64,000 bases of DNA from Obrimoposthia wandeli (Eukaryota): the NCBI GenBank assembly GCA_977020255.1, contig CDROCS010000506.1, forward strand, positions 992,001 to 1,056,000, given 5' to 3'. The notes beneath the pieces are model-generated. The model was given only the letters and a program-made list of their open reading frames with translations. It had not been told where the DNA came from and made no database searches. The translations under genes and the position numbers were made by a program. Of the stretch, positions 11,386-23,165 are shown in pieces. How positions within the stretch are numbered: position 1 is the first letter of the stretch; every line of letters begins with the position of its first letter.

Positions 11386-11407
11386 AAAAACGCACCCCAT
11401 GGTGCGT
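11386..11407 (-). terminator. intrinsic terminator of hupB
   Basis: acgcacc-ccat-ggtgcgt stem-loop with A5 at 11386-11390. Confidence 0.6.
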
Positions 11408-11435
11408 CTCTACTCAATAATTCTTAACGAATAGC

Positions 11436-11711
11436 TTATGCTTTTAATGCATCTTTTAATAATTTCCCAGCTTTAAAAGCGGGAAGTTTAGATGCTGCTA
11501 TTTGAATTTCTGCGCCTGTTTGTGGATTACGGCCAGTACGTGCCGCACGATCTCGTACACTAAAAGTACCAAAACCCACTAGCGTAACAGATTCGTCTTT
11601 TACTAGTGTTTCAGTTACCGATTCGATCATTGCATCAATAGCACGACCAGCAGCAGCTTTAGAAATATCAGCTTTAGCGGCAACACTGTCTATCAGTTGA
11701 GCTTTATTCAC
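11436..11711 (-). CDS. hupB: DNA-binding protein HU-beta
   Basis: [11 protein letters not shown]...GFGTF...RTGRNPQTG; lon-hupB-ppiD synteny. Confidence 0.97.
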   Translation of the reverse strand: MNKAQLIDSVAAKADISKAAAGRAIDAMIESVTETLVKDESVTLVGFGTFSVRDRAARTGRNPQTGAEIQIAASKLPAFKAGKLLKDALKA

Positions 11712-11781
11712 TTTCTTCCCCTAATCTTAGTTATCTATATAATAAGATATAAATAGAACTAACGTTTAAGCGTTTATAACA

Positions 11782-11823
11782 AGGTTAGGGTGACTATTCA
11801 AGTCTGAATAGTCACCCTAACCT
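11782..11823. repeat. perfect 19-bp inverted repeat with 4-nt loop between lon and hupB
   Basis: aggttagggtgactattca-agtc-tgaatagtcaccctaacct read directly. Confidence 0.9.
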
Positions 11824-11836
11824 ATAAACAATCACA

Positions 11837-14188
11837 CTATTTTGATACCACTTCGAAAGCATCTGGATGATTCTCTAGCGCAAGCACCAGAACTTCTTCA
11901 ATCCAACGTACCGGATGGATCTCAAGATCACCTATCACGTTTGCTGGAATTTCTTCCAAATCACGTTCGTTTTCTTTTGGAATCAAGACTCGCTTGATGC
12001 CACCACGATGCGCCGCAAGTAACTTCTCTTTCAAGCCACCGATAGGTAATACTTCACCTCTTAACGTGATTTCACCTGTCATTGCAACGTTTGCACGTAC
12101 AGGGTTACCCGTTAAGCTCGATACTAGCGCGGTACACATAGCAATACCAGCACTTGGACCATCTTTTGGTGTAGCGCCTTCAGGTACGTGTACGTGAATA
12201 TCACGTTTCTCGTAGAAGTCGTTATTAATGCGTAGTTTTTCAGCACGAGAACGAACAACTGTCATCGCAGCTTGAATAGACTCTTGCATCACTTCACCTA
12301 ATGAACCGGTGTAGTTAAGCTTGCCTTTACCAGGTACTGATGTGGTTTCAATAGTCAGTAGTTCACCGCCTACTTCAGTCCATGCTAGACCTGTCACCTG
12401 ACCAACACGACTTTCACTTTCAGTCTTACCAAAATCAAAGATTTGTACACCTAGATATTCTGATAAGTTTTCTTGAGTGATCGTCACTGATTTAAGTGAT
12501 TTATTCAGCAAAATCTGTTTTACCGCTTTACGGCATAATTTAGAAATCTCACGTTCAAGTGAACGCACACCCGCTTCACGCGTGTAATAACGGATAATAC
12601 CCATTATTGCGCTATCTTCGATGTTAATTTCTTTGGCTTTTAAACCGTTACGCTCAATTTGCTTGTCTAACAAATGCTGTTTAGCAATATTCAGTTTTTC
12701 ATCTTCGGTATAACCCGATAAACGAATCACTTCCATACGGTCAAGCAGTGGACCTGGAATATTCATTGAGTTCGATGTCGCAACAAACATTACGTCCGAC
12801 AGATCGTAATCAATTTCTAAATAGTGATCATTAAACGAGGTATTTTGTTCTGGGTCGAGTACTTCCAGTAATGCCGATGCTGGATCGCCACGCATATCCG
12901 ACGCCATCTTATCAATTTCATCTAATAAGAACAGGGGATTACGCACTTCAACTTTCGCCATTTTCTGGATAATTTTACCCGGCATAGAACCGATATAAGT
13001 ACGGCGATGTCCACGAATTTCCGCTTCATCACGTACGCCACCAAGGGCCATACGAACATACTTACGTCCCGTTGCTCTCGCAATCGATTGGCCTAACGAT
13101 GTTTTACCAACACCAGGAGGACCGACAAGACATAAAATAGGGCCTTTGAGTTTATTCACTCGGCTCTGTACTGCAAGATATTCTAAAATGCGTTCTTTTA
13201 CTTTATCCAAACCAAAATGGTCTGCATCAAGTATTTCTAGCGCTTTAGCGATGTCTTTTTTAACTTTTGAACGTTTCTTCCAAGGAACTGAAACCATCCA
13301 ATCGATATAACTACGTACTACAGTTGCTTCTGCAGACATAGGCGACATCATTTTTAATTTATTTAACTCAGCAATGGTTTTAGCTTTTGGTTCAGCAGGC
13401 ATTTGTGCTTGCTCAATTTTCTCAGCTAATTGTTCAAATTCATCAACACCATCTTCAGATTCACCAAGCTCTTTTTGAATCGCTTTCATTTGCTCATTCA
13501 AATAGTATTCGCGCTGGCTTTTTTCCATCTGCTTTTTAACACGTGTACGAATTTTCTTTTCCACGTGTAATAGGTCGATTTCAGATTCCATTTGTGCCAT
13601 TAGGAACTCAAGACGTTCTGCAACGTTACTCAGTTCTAATACCACTTGCTTGTCTTCTAATTTCAACGGCATATGTGCTGCCATTGTATCTGCAAGACGC
13701 GCAGCTTCGTCGATCGCCATCACTGATGTAAGTACTTCAGCAGGGATCTTTTTGTTTAGTTTGATATAACCTTCAAACTGACCGATTGCAGTGCGAATAA
13801 GTACATCTTCTTCTTTGTCAGATACTGACTCAGAAATAATGTATTCAATCTCGGCTTGGAAGTAATCGTCGCCATCACTCAAGCTATTTAATTTAGCTCG
13901 TTGTGTGCCTTCGACCAATACTTTAACCGTGCCATCAGGCAATTTTAACATCTGTAAAATATTAGCGACTGTACCGACGCTATTCAGATCATCAACTTGG
14001 GGATCATCTTGAGCTGCATCTTTTTGTGCAACTAAGAATATTTGTTTATCTGTATCCATTGCGGCTTCAAGACAACGAATTGACTTTTCTCGGCCAATAA
14101 ACAAAGGAATTACCATGTGGGGATAAACCACAACATCACGCAATGGTAATACAGGGATATTCACGCTTTCCGTACGCTCAAAACTCAT
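11837..14188 (-). CDS. lon: ATP-dependent Lon protease
   Basis: Walker [10 protein letters not shown] and catalytic PKDGPSAG; 783 aa. Confidence 0.98.
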   Translation of the reverse strand: MSFERTESVNIPVLPLRDVVVYPHMVIPLFIGREKSIRCLEAAMDTDKQIFLVAQKDAAQDDPQVDDLNSVGTVANILQMLKLPDGTVKVLVEGTQRAKLNSLSDGDDYFQAEIEYIISESVSDKEEDVLIRTAIGQFEGYIKLNKKIPAEVLTSVMAIDEAARLADTMAAHMPLKLEDKQVVLELSNVAERLEFLMAQMESEIDLLHVEKKIRTRVKKQMEKSQREYYLNEQMKAIQKELGESEDGVDEFEQLAEKIEQAQMPAEPKAKTIAELNKLKMMSPMSAEATVVRSYIDWMVSVPWKKRSKVKKDIAKALEILDADHFGLDKVKERILEYLAVQSRVNKLKGPILCLVGPPGVGKTSLGQSIARATGRKYVRMALGGVRDEAEIRGHRRTYIGSMPGKIIQKMAKVEVRNPLFLLDEIDKMASDMRGDPASALLEVLDPEQNTSFNDHYLEIDYDLSDVMFVATSNSMNIPGPLLDRMEVIRLSGYTEDEKLNIAKQHLLDKQIERNGLKAKEINIEDSAIMGIIRYYTREAGVRSLEREISKLCRKAVKQILLNKSLKSVTITQENLSEYLGVQIFDFGKTESESRVGQVTGLAWTEVGGELLTIETTSVPGKGKLNYTGSLGEVMQESIQAAMTVVRSRAEKLRINNDFYEKRDIHVHVPEGATPKDGPSAGIAMCTALVSSLTGNPVRANVAMTGEITLRGEVLPIGGLKEKLLAAHRGGIKRVLIPKENERDLEEIPANVIGDLEIHPVRWIEEVLVLALENHPDAFEVVSK

Positions 14189-14231
14189 CTTGTCCTCACT
14201 TATAAAACTGGACTAAGGGCTAATATTGAAT

Positions 14232-14260
14232 ATATAGGGGTTATTACTCAACAATCAATG
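14232..14260 (-). promoter_or_regulatory. possible sigma32 promoter of lon
   Basis: Minus strand reads caTTGATT-12 nt-CCCCTATAT versus consensus CTTGAAA-N13/14-CCCCATAT. lon is a canonical RpoH gene, but the match is imperfect. Confidence 0.4.
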
Positions 14261-14289
14261 CTAGGAGCTTAAATTATGGAAAAAAATAT

Positions 14290-14316
14290 AAAAAAAGGGG
14301 CATTGCGCCCCTTTTT
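14290..14316 (-). terminator. intrinsic terminator after clpX (A and T runs on both sides)
   Basis: aaaaaggggc-attgc-gccccttttt. Confidence 0.8.
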
Positions 14317-14342
14317 AACAGTAAGTGTTTAAAAATCTAACA

Positions 14343-15617
14343 CTAGTCTGCTGATACTGCTTTGTTTTCAGTATTTTCATAAATCAAAATTGGTGCTGAT
14401 TCTTCTTTAATTACAGATTCATCAATAACAACTTTGCTAATATCTTCAACTGAAGGAAGATCGTACATCGTATCCAGTAAAACAGCTTCTACAATTGAAC
14501 GTAAACCACGTGCACCAGTATTTCGAGACATGGCTTTTTTAGCAATTGCAGTTAATGCATCTTCACGGAACTCAAGTTCAACACCTTCTAAATCGAATAA
14601 TGCAGCATACTGTTTAGTCAGTGCATTTTTCGGTTCAGTTAAGATTTGAATCAATGCAGCTTCATCAAGTTCTGTTAATGTCGCAGTCACAGGTAGACGA
14701 CCGATAAATTCAGGAATAAGACCGAATTTAACTAAATCTTGTGGTTCAACTTTAGCAAATACTTGTGATAACGTTGCTTTGTCAGCTTCGCCTCTCACTT
14801 CTGCTGTAAAGCCAATGCCACTGCCTACGTTACTACGCATTTCGATTACTTTCTCTAAGCCAGCAAATGCACCACCACAGATAAATAAAATCTTAGATGT
14901 ATCTACTTGTAAAAACTCTTGTTGAGGATGCTTACGACCACCTTGTGGTGGTACTGAAGCAACAGTCCCTTCAATCAGTTTTAACAGTGCTTGTTGAACA
15001 CCTTCACCCGATACGTCACGAGTAATAGATGGATTATCAGATTTACGTGAAATTTTATCAATTTCATCAATATAGACAATACCGCGCTGGGCTTTCTCTA
15101 CATCATAATCACATTTCTGTAATAATTTCTGAATAATATTTTCAACATCTTCACCAACATAACCAGCTTCAGTTAATGTTGTTGCATCAGCCATAGTAAA
15201 AGGTACATCAAGAATACGTGCTAATGTTTCAGCTAATAATGTTTTACCACTACCAGTTGGACCAATTAACAAGATATTACTCTTACCTAGTTCTACACCA
15301 TTAGATGTATCACCATTGCGTAAACGCTTATAGTGATTGTATACAGCAACTGCTAATACTTTCTTCGCATGGTCTTGACCAATAACGTAATCGTCTAACT
15401 TGCTACGAATCTGATGCGGTGTCGGTAATTCATCACCTTCACGTTTTGGTGCAATTTCTTTAATCTCTTCACGAATAATATCGTTACAAAGATCAACACA
15501 TTCATCACAAATGTAGACAGATGGGCCGGCAATTAACTTACGTACTTCATGTTGGCTTTTGCCACAAAAAGAACAATAAAGTAATTTACCGTTATCCCCA
15601 CTTTTTGTTTCTGTCAT
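14343..15617 (-). CDS. clpX: ATP-dependent Clp protease ATPase subunit ClpX
   Basis: Zn finger CSFCGK...[12 protein letters not shown], and IGF loop (GSGIGF). Confidence 0.98.
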   Translation of the reverse strand: MTETKSGDNGKLLYCSFCGKSQHEVRKLIAGPSVYICDECVDLCNDIIREEIKEIAPKREGDELPTPHQIRSKLDDYVIGQDHAKKVLAVAVYNHYKRLRNGDTSNGVELGKSNILLIGPTGSGKTLLAETLARILDVPFTMADATTLTEAGYVGEDVENIIQKLLQKCDYDVEKAQRGIVYIDEIDKISRKSDNPSITRDVSGEGVQQALLKLIEGTVASVPPQGGRKHPQQEFLQVDTSKILFICGGAFAGLEKVIEMRSNVGSGIGFTAEVRGEADKATLSQVFAKVEPQDLVKFGLIPEFIGRLPVTATLTELDEAALIQILTEPKNALTKQYAALFDLEGVELEFREDALTAIAKKAMSRNTGARGLRSIVEAVLLDTMYDLPSVEDISKVVIDESVIKEESAPILIYENTENKAVSAD

Positions 15618-15699
15618 TCGATAACCTCACATTACAGATAGAAAGTCTTATGCCTAATCTTAATTATGGCTAAAAGAGGCTCTACCTGTCAAAAATTAC

Positions 15700-16323
15700 T
15701 TAATCACGTTTTGTAATTACTGTATCGATAAGACCGTAATCCATCGCTTCAGCTGCCGTCATATAATTATCACGGTCAGTATCTGCCGCAAGACGATCAT
15801 ATTCTTGACCTGTATGCGCAGCTAATATTTCATTCAATTTACGCTTAGTTTTAAGAATCTCATTGGCGTGAATTTCAATATCAGATGCTTGACCTTGATA
15901 ACCACCTAAAGGTTGGTGAATCATGATCTTAGCGTTAGGTAATGCGTGACGCTTACCTTTTTCGCCACCAGCAAGAAGGAATGCACCCATGCTCGCAGCC
16001 ATACCCATACAAATTGTAGACACATTTGGTTTGATAAACTGCATGGTGTCATAAATTGACATGCCAGCACTTACAGAACCGCCTGGTGAATTAATATAAA
16101 GAAAAATATCTTTATCTGGGTTTTCTGATTCTAAGAAAAGTAGCTGTGCAACAACTAGATTAGCCATGTGGTCTTCAACCTGGCCAGTCAAAAAGATTAC
16201 ACGGTCTTTTAAGAGTCGAGAATAGATGTCATAAGAACGCTCACCTTTAGCTGTTTGTTCAACAACCATAGGCACTAACGCGTTTGACGGAGACTCTGTG
16301 ATATCATTAAAGAATTTTGACAT
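15700..16323 (-). CDS. clpP: Clp protease proteolytic subunit ClpP
   Basis: [11 protein letters not shown], active-site AASMGA and MIHQP. Confidence 0.98.
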   Translation of the reverse strand: MSKFFNDITESPSNALVPMVVEQTAKGERSYDIYSRLLKDRVIFLTGQVEDHMANLVVAQLLFLESENPDKDIFLYINSPGGSVSAGMSIYDTMQFIKPNVSTICMGMAASMGAFLLAGGEKGKRHALPNAKIMIHQPLGGYQGQASDIEIHANEILKTKRKLNEILAAHTGQEYDRLAADTDRDNYMTAAEAMDYGLIDTVITKRD

Positions 16324-16339
16324 ATTATCATCCCTAAAT

Positions 16340-16378
16340 AAAAATGGCCCAAGTGAAATACCCCCACTCGAGCCATTA
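16340..16378 (-). terminator. possible terminator/hairpin between tig and clpP
   Basis: aatggc...gccatt stem with internal agtg/cact pairing and an A-run at 16340-16345. Confidence 0.4.
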
Positions 16379-16417
16379 TAGCGCTTAATTACGTATTTTG
16401 TTCAATCGAATCAACAA

Positions 16418-17728
16418 TTATGCGTTTTGAGTCGCTTTATTCATTAGTTCTTCAAACGCAACTTCTTTTTCTGTAACGTTTGCTTTTTCTAATACTAAAT
16501 CAATAGCTTGGTCTTCAACAGCTACGTTACGAACGTTTTCTAGAGCTTGTTCGTTGTCTTTGTAGTGTGCGATAACTTCAGCTGGATCTTCGTATGCAGA
16601 CGCCATAGATGCGATCATGTCTTGAACACGAGCGTCATCAGCAGTGATTTCGTTTACTTTGATGAATTCACCAAGTACTAGACCGATGCGAACACGACGG
16701 CTAGCTTGCTCTGTGAATAACTCATCAGGAAGTTCAGGTGCGTTTTGTGGAGCCATTTGACCAAAACGTTGCATAGCTTGCTCACGTAATGTAACGATTT
16801 CTTGCTTAACTAGTGCAGCAGGAACGTCGATGTCATTTGCTTCAACTAATGCGTCAAGCACTTTAGTTTTTGTGTCAGCTTTGATAGCTTGCTCAAGTTC
16901 ACGGCTCATGTTTTTGCTGATTTCAGCTTTTAGAGACTCAAGAGTACCGTCTTCAACGCCGAATTTACCTACGAATTCTGCATTGATTTCTGGAAGTTCT
17001 TGCGCTTCAACAGCGTTTAGCGTGATAGCGAAGCTTGCAGTTTTACCTTTTAGGTTTTCTGCATGGTATTCTTCAGGGAAAGTTACTTCAACAGTGAACT
17101 CTTCGCCTGCAGATTTACCTACGATGCCTTCTTCGAAACCAGGGATCATACGACCTTGGCCCATAGCTAGTGTGAAGTCTTCAGCTTTGCCGCCTTCGAA
17201 TTCAACACCATCGATGCTACCGTTGAAGTCAACTTTAACTTGGTCGTTAGCTTCAGCAGCGCGATCAGCAGTAACCCACTCAGCGTGTTGCTTACGTAAA
17301 GTTTCGATCATGCCATCAACATCAGTGTCTGTTACTGAAGATACTGATTTTTCGATTGTGATAGCTTCAATGCCAGCAACTTCGAATTCAGGGTAAACTT
17401 CAAGTGTTGCAGTGAAAGAGAAGTCTTCGCCTTCTTTAACAGCTGCAGGCTCAAGAGTCGGAGCACCAGCAAGGTTTAATTTTTCAGCTACGATTGCTTC
17501 GTAGAAGTTACGTTGCATGATTTCACCAGCAACTTCTTCTGCTACAGCAGCGCCAAAGCGTTTTTTGATTACTTTAGCTGGTACTTTACCTGGGCGGAAA
17601 CCGTCGATACGTTGAGTTTTTGCTAAACCACGTAAACGATTGTCGATTTCTTTGCTAACTGTTGCAGCTGGAACTGTGATAGTTAAACGGCGCTCTAGGC
17701 CTTGAGTCGTTTCTACAGAAACTTGCAT
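16418..17728 (-). CDS. tig: trigger factor
   Basis: [14 protein letters not shown], signature [12 protein letters not shown] domain (MIPGFEEGI), strong highly-expressed codon bias. Confidence 0.98.
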   Translation of the reverse strand: MQVSVETTQGLERRLTITVPAATVSKEIDNRLRGLAKTQRIDGFRPGKVPAKVIKKRFGAAVAEEVAGEIMQRNFYEAIVAEKLNLAGAPTLEPAAVKEGEDFSFTATLEVYPEFEVAGIEAITIEKSVSSVTDTDVDGMIETLRKQHAEWVTADRAAEANDQVKVDFNGSIDGVEFEGGKAEDFTLAMGQGRMIPGFEEGIVGKSAGEEFTVEVTFPEEYHAENLKGKTASFAITLNAVEAQELPEINAEFVGKFGVEDGTLESLKAEISKNMSRELEQAIKADTKTKVLDALVEANDIDVPAALVKQEIVTLREQAMQRFGQMAPQNAPELPDELFTEQASRRVRIGLVLGEFIKVNEITADDARVQDMIASMASAYEDPAEVIAHYKDNEQALENVRNVAVEDQAIDLVLEKANVTEKEVAFEELMNKATQNA

Positions 17729-18105
17729 TTAGATACCTCTAATGAATTTATTAACATTTCCAACTGGAAATTTAAGACGCGATATTATAACTAGCAGCAA
17801 TAAAAAAATCGAGCATTGCCACTCTAAATAGCACATTAATATTTTATTTGCTTATAATGTATGGATGAAAAGTTAAAATTCAAGAACAAAAATGATTTTT
17901 ATGGCGAAATAAGAGGAAAAACTACAAATTTACAGTGTTATAACTTCACTTTGGTTAATTACTCACCATCACAAGAAAATCCCTAATCTCTTACTTTCAC
18001 CGACAATGAACAATATCGACGAGTCAGTATAAAATTAAAATGTACACTATAATCAATTTGACGTGAGCCGGAACAACCTGCTTTAGATTGCTATTAGGAG
18101 TTTTT

Positions 18106-18378
18106 ATGACCCTTGTCGAAATTGAACGTGCATTTTTAGATTTTACCAATCAACTCGAATCACTCAAAGAAAAATACCCTAACCCTGAGATGATGCAGCA
18201 TATTGATAATTTGATGACCGATACCCAAATCATCAAACTAAAGGTGATGCGCTTAGATAGCGTCAAAGAACAGGATCAGCAAGACTTGTCACTATCGGTT
18301 GCCTGCCACATCAAGAAATTACAAGAACAGATATCAGCACTCAAAAAATCTTTTGAAATAGTCACCTTTAATGCGTGA
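18106..18378 (+). CDS. small helical hypothetical protein (90 aa)
   Basis: AGGAG SD 5 nt before ATG 18106. Amphipathic/coiled-coil pattern; no family recognised. Confidence 0.6.
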   Translation: MTLVEIERAFLDFTNQLESLKEKYPNPEMMQHIDNLMTDTQIIKLKVMRLDSVKEQDQQDLSLSVACHIKKLQEQISALKKSFEIVTFNA

Positions 18379-18423
18379 AACACGACAGATAAAGTAGTTT
18401 ATCTTCATCATAAATAGCGCAAT

Positions 18424-18438
18424 TAACATTTCTGTAAC
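18424..18438 (-). promoter_or_regulatory. possible ArcA box upstream of coxB
   Basis: Minus strand GTTACAGAAATGTTA, 12/15 to GTTAATTAAATGTTA, with GTTA-N7-GTTA spacing. Confidence 0.4.
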
Positions 18439-18561
18439 TATACTTCGGCAAATAACAGTGGATTGTTAAATGCTGATAGTTGTCGCAGAAAGCTAACACA
18501 ATTCACTCATTATCTAATCTATATTTTGCGAGTCATTATGGATAATTTTGAGGGAGGTTAT

Positions 18562-19707
18562 GTGCGCTTATCTAAACTAACGATAACATTAGTCGCATTT
18601 GTACTAGGGATGGGATCAACACCGCTATTTGCCCAGCAATCAACACTGAATATGACCGAGGGCGTGACGGGAATCAGTAATACCGTTTATAACTTACACA
18701 TGACCATTCTCTATATATGTATTGCAATTGCGGTCATTGTATTTGGCATTATGTTTTGGTCTTTATATCGTCACCGTAAATCCAAAGGTGCCGTTGCAGC
18801 TAAATTTCATGAAAGTACCACTGTTGAAATTATTTGGACTGCGATCCCGATTGTCATTTTAATTGCGATGGCAGTCCCTTCCACACAAGCGTTAATCTTA
18901 ATGGAAGATACTTCAGAAGCAGATATCACCATTCAAATTACGGGCTCACAATGGAAGTGGCATTATCGTTATTTCGATGATGATCTTGAGTTTTACAGCC
19001 GTTTAACCACCAGCCAAGCAGAGATTAATAACGAAGTAGAAAAACAGCCCCACTACCTCAAAGAGGTCGATAATCCACTGGTATTACCCATCAATAAAAA
19101 AATCCGTTTCTTGATCACCGCTGATGATGTGATCCATTCATGGTGGGTCCCCGCCTTTGCAGTAAAGAAAGACGCCAACCCCGGTTTTATTAATGAAGCT
19201 TGGACCAAAATTGATACAGCAGGAACCTACCGCGGCCAATGCGCTGAATTATGCGGTAAGGATCATGGCTTCATGCCTATTGTGGTGACAGCGCTAGAAC
19301 CTGCTGCATATGATGCTTGGTTGGCACAAGCAAAAGTAACAGCCAAACAACAGTTACAAGCAGAACAGGATAGTCTAACCCAAACGCTAGACATGCCCGC
19401 GATGATGACGCTCGGCGAAGCCGTCTATAACCGCACTTGCGCTGCTTGCCATCAAGCGGGAGGCCTCGGTATTCCAGGTGCATTCCCTGCTCTTAAAAAC
19501 AGTCCGATTGCACTTGGCGATGTCAATAAACACATTGATATTGTTCTGCACGGAGTATCCGGCACCGCGATGGCAGCCTTTGCCAAACAGTTAACTAAAA
19601 AAGAGCTCGCAGCAGTTATCACCTATGAACGTAATGCTTGGGAAAATAACACCGGTGACATTGTACAGCCAGCGCAAATTGACACTGCATTAAGCAATAG
19701 CAACTAA
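18562..19707 (+). CDS. coxB: cytochrome c oxidase subunit II with fused C-terminal cytochrome c (caa3 type)
   Basis: CuA ligands HSWW and CAELCGKDHGFM, plus heme motif CAACH. GTG 18562 follows a GGAGG SD. Confidence 0.93.
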   Translation: MRLSKLTITLVAFVLGMGSTPLFAQQSTLNMTEGVTGISNTVYNLHMTILYICIAIAVIVFGIMFWSLYRHRKSKGAVAAKFHESTTVEIIWTAIPIVILIAMAVPSTQALILMEDTSEADITIQITGSQWKWHYRYFDDDLEFYSRLTTSQAEINNEVEKQPHYLKEVDNPLVLPINKKIRFLITADDVIHSWWVPAFAVKKDANPGFINEAWTKIDTAGTYRGQCAELCGKDHGFMPIVVTALEPAAYDAWLAQAKVTAKQQLQAEQDSLTQTLDMPAMMTLGEAVYNRTCAACHQAGGLGIPGAFPALKNSPIALGDVNKHIDIVLHGVSGTAMAAFAKQLTKKELAAVITYERNAWENNTGDIVQPAQIDTALSNSN

Positions 19708-19729
19708 TCGGTAATTCAAGGGACTGCAC

Positions 19730-21352
19730 ATGAGCGATATACAAGTAAAAGATAATGCAGAGCAAGTAATAAACTCTACTCCTGAAGCACTGCACGATGA
19801 CGGACACCACGGCGCGCCAAAAGGCTATAAACGTTGGTTATTTTCGACGAACCACAAAGACATTGGCAGCCTGTATCTGTGGTTTAGCTTAACCATGTTT
19901 TTTATTGGTGGCGCTATGGCCATGATCATTCGTGCCGAGTTATTCCAACCCGGCCTGCAATTAGTCGAACCGAACTTTTTCAACCAAATGACTACCTCAC
20001 ACGGTTTGATCATGGTGTTTGGCGCTGTGATGCCTGCCTTTGTCGGTTTAGCTAACTGGATGTTGCCTTTGATGATAGGTGCGCCAGATATGGCGCTGCC
20101 ACGGATGAATAACTGGAGTTTTTGGATCTTGCCGTTTGCCTTTTCATTATTGTTGTTATCACTCTTTACAGAAGGTGGCGGCCCTAACTTTGGTTGGACC
20201 TTCTATCCCCCGTTATCAACTAAATACAGTCCCGACAGTACTGCGATGTTTGTATTCTCCGTACATTTAATGGGGATCAGTTCGATAATGGGCGCGATTA
20301 ACGTCATCGTCACTATTTTAAATATGCGCGCACCGGGCATGACATTAATGAAAATGCCAATGTTCGTGTGGACTTGGTTAATTACCGCATTCCTATTGAT
20401 TGCTGTTATGCCAGTATTGGCAGGTGCAGTGACCATGATTTTGACCGATAAGTATTTTGGTACCAGTTTCTTTGATGCTGCTGGCGGTGGCGATCCGGTA
20501 CTCTTCCAACATATATTTTGGTTCTTTGGTCATCCCGAAGTTTATATTATGATCTTGCCATCATTTGGCATCATCTCTGCGATCATTCCGACCTTTGCTC
20601 GTAAACAGCTATTTGGTTATCACTCGATGGTATACGCGACTGCATCCATTGCTATTTTAAGTTTCACCGTGTGGGCACATCACATGTTTACGGTCGGTCT
20701 ACCACTTGCCGCAGAACTATTCTTTATGTATTGCACCATGCTGATATCGGTCCCGACGGGGGTTAAAATATTTAATTGGGTGTCAACACTCTGGCGTGGT
20801 TCGATCACCTTTGAAGTACCCATGCTATTTTCACTGGCGTTCATTGTGCTGTTTACGATTGGTGGGTTTTCAGGATTAATGCTGGCGATCACCCCTGCTG
20901 ACTTTCAATACCATGATACTTATTTTGTTGTGGCTCACTTCCATTATGTACTAGTGACTGGCGCGGTATTCTCTATTATGGCAGCAGCCTATTACTGGAT
21001 ACCAAAATGGACCGGACACATGTTCAATGAAACATTGGGTAAATGGCATTTTTGGTGTTCACTTATCTCGGTCAACATCCTGTTTTTTCCAATGCATTTC
21101 TTAGGGCTTGCCGGTATGCCACGTCGTATTCCAGACTACGCACTGCAATTTGCCGACATTAACAAGATAGTCAGTATTGGCGGGTTCTTGTTTGGCCTCT
21201 CGCAATTGATTTTTGTTGCTGTGGTTATTATGGCAGTTCGTGGTGGTCAAAAAGCCCCAGCTAAACCATGGGAAGGTGCTGAAGGGTTAGAATGGACGGT
21301 ACCGTCACCAGCGCCTTATCACACCTTTGATACACCACCAGAGGTGAAATAA
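19730..21352 (+). CDS. coxA: cytochrome c oxidase subunit I (A1 type)
   Basis: WFFGHPEVY, VWAHHM, VVAHFHY and GMPRR. Confidence 0.97.
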   Translation: MSDIQVKDNAEQVINSTPEALHDDGHHGAPKGYKRWLFSTNHKDIGSLYLWFSLTMFFIGGAMAMIIRAELFQPGLQLVEPNFFNQMTTSHGLIMVFGAVMPAFVGLANWMLPLMIGAPDMALPRMNNWSFWILPFAFSLLLLSLFTEGGGPNFGWTFYPPLSTKYSPDSTAMFVFSVHLMGISSIMGAINVIVTILNMRAPGMTLMKMPMFVWTWLITAFLLIAVMPVLAGAVTMILTDKYFGTSFFDAAGGGDPVLFQHIFWFFGHPEVYIMILPSFGIISAIIPTFARKQLFGYHSMVYATASIAILSFTVWAHHMFTVGLPLAAELFFMYCTMLISVPTGVKIFNWVSTLWRGSITFEVPMLFSLAFIVLFTIGGFSGLMLAITPADFQYHDTYFVVAHFHYVLVTGAVFSIMAAAYYWIPKWTGHMFNETLGKWHFWCSLISVNILFFPMHFLGLAGMPRRIPDYALQFADINKIVSIGGFLFGLSQLIFVAVVIMAVRGGQKAPAKPWEGAEGLEWTVPSPAPYHTFDTPPEVK

Positions 21353-21903
21353 TGACAGAGCCGAAAATTAAAAAACACTTACGGCTGCTCATTTTTAGCG
21401 CCGTTGGTATGTTCGGTTTTGGTTTTGCCTTAGTGCCACTCTATGATGTTTTTTGTGACATTACCGGGCTAAACGGCAAAGACTATAGCCGAGAGTCATC
21501 CGTACCGATGACAACTGTCGATGAGTCTCGCACTGTGAAAGTCGAGTTTGTCACCTATCTAAACAAGCAACTGCCTTGGAAATTTAAACCTGAGATTAAC
21601 AGTATTGAGTTGCATCCAGGTGAACGTTATCAAGTTAGCTTTGTCGCCACAAATCAAAGTGATCAAGACACCTTTGGTCGAGCCGTCCCGTCGATTAGCC
21701 CTGGGTATGGCGCGCAGTACTTAGTTAAAACAGAGTGTTTTTGTTTTCAAGAACAAATGTTAGCAGCCAATGCAGAGGCGATGATGCCACTTATTTTTTA
21801 TATCGACCCAAATATCCCCGCTGATATATCAACATTAACTCTCGCCTACACCCTGTTTAAAAACGAGCCTACAACTGATTTAGCAATGAGCCAACAAAAG
21901 TAG
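21352..21903 (+). CDS. ctaG: cytochrome c oxidase assembly protein CtaG/Cox11
   Basis: VPLYDVFCDITGLNG and Cu-binding ECFCF. TAATG overlap with coxA. Confidence 0.93.
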   Translation: MTEPKIKKHLRLLIFSAVGMFGFGFALVPLYDVFCDITGLNGKDYSRESSVPMTTVDESRTVKVEFVTYLNKQLPWKFKPEINSIELHPGERYQVSFVATNQSDQDTFGRAVPSISPGYGAQYLVKTECFCFQEQMLAANAEAMMPLIFYIDPNIPADISTLTLAYTLFKNEPTTDLAMSQQK

Positions 21904-21924
21904 CGATGCGCTAGGAGCCTTGTA

Positions 21925-22821
21925 ATGCAAGATAATAACGAATATGCCAAAGCACCCAAAAATTACTACGTACCAGCCAGTAGTGTTTGGCCTTTAGTCG
22001 GGGCAATTGCACTATTTATTATTGCCATTGGCGCTGCGACCACAGTACAACTCGTCGGTAAGGAAGGCAGTAATACTGGCATACCCATTTTATTTGTCGG
22101 TATCGCCATCTTATTATTCATGCTGTTTAGTTGGTTTCGTAATGTCATTAGCGAATCGATGAAAGGACTCTACAATGAACAGCTCGACCGCTCATTTCGC
22201 ATGGGTATGTTGTGGTTTATCTTTTCTGAAGTGATGTTTTTTGTGGCGTTATTTGGGGTTTTATTTTATCTGCGTAACTTGTCGATTCCTTGGCTCGGTG
22301 GTGAAGGTAATAATGCCATGACTCATAACGTGCTGTGGTCTGAATTTATCCCTACATGGCCACTCACTACGACGCCTGATGGTCGGGTAACCCAAGCAAT
22401 GCCTTGGTACGGATTACCCTTAATTAATACTGTCATTTTAATTAGCTCATCAGTCACGCTGCATTTCGCTCACCATAACCTGATCGCCAAACATCGTGCG
22501 AAGTTAATAACTTGGTTAGCGATTACTGTGACTCTTGGGGTTACTTTCTTATTTTTCCAAGCAGAAGAGTACATACACGCTTATCAAGCACTATCATTAC
22601 GCTTTGATTCGGGTGTCTATGGCAATACCTTTTATATGCTTACTGGCTTTCATGGTATGCACGTTACCTTAGGTGTGATCATGTTAACAGTGATGTTATT
22701 GCGGGTTATCAATGGCCATTTCACTCCAGGTAAGCACTTTGCTTTTGAAGCGTCAGCTTGGTACTGGCATTTTGTGGATGTCGTTTGGATTATTTTATTT
22801 ATTTTTGTCTACATTGTTTAA
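21925..22821 (+). CDS. coxC: cytochrome c oxidase subunit III
   Basis: WFIFSEVMFF, TGFHGMHV and WYWHFVDVVW. Confidence 0.95.
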   Translation: MQDNNEYAKAPKNYYVPASSVWPLVGAIALFIIAIGAATTVQLVGKEGSNTGIPILFVGIAILLFMLFSWFRNVISESMKGLYNEQLDRSFRMGMLWFIFSEVMFFVALFGVLFYLRNLSIPWLGGEGNNAMTHNVLWSEFIPTWPLTTTPDGRVTQAMPWYGLPLINTVILISSSVTLHFAHHNLIAKHRAKLITWLAITVTLGVTFLFFQAEEYIHAYQALSLRFDSGVYGNTFYMLTGFHGMHVTLGVIMLTVMLLRVINGHFTPGKHFAFEASAWYWHFVDVVWIILFIFVYIV

Positions 22822-23165
22822 TCTTTCTGTATCGCGTCACCCTCCTCTCTAGAATATTGCTCGAGGGGAGTAAATACACACTACCACTTTAGGGTGCAAA
22901 GTTAGGTTTTGTGATGTCCGTTCGATACGCTAACAGCGCCATTGAGATGTACTTATTTCAACCAAATAACCTCACATTTAGACGAATAACTCTAAAGGTG
23001 TATAAAATTCAACCTCACGTAAACAGGCGATATATAAATCTAAGTAAACACAAGTAAGCAACTGTAAATTCTTCCTGTTGATCAATAAGCAGTGGTTCAT
23101 GTATATTTTAATCAAGTTCAATTATACATTCTCGCTGTATACGCGTTAATCTTACAAGGAAGAAG

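Noticed and set aside
17729-18087. tRNA cluster often found upstream of tig in related genera
   Set aside because: No cloverleaf, no GTTCRA T-loop and no CCA end visible; the region is plain AT-rich promoter DNA.
23078-23085. FNR-like TTGATCAA upstream of the DUF819 gene
   Set aside because: Lacks the 4-nt spacer of TTGAT-N4-ATCAA.
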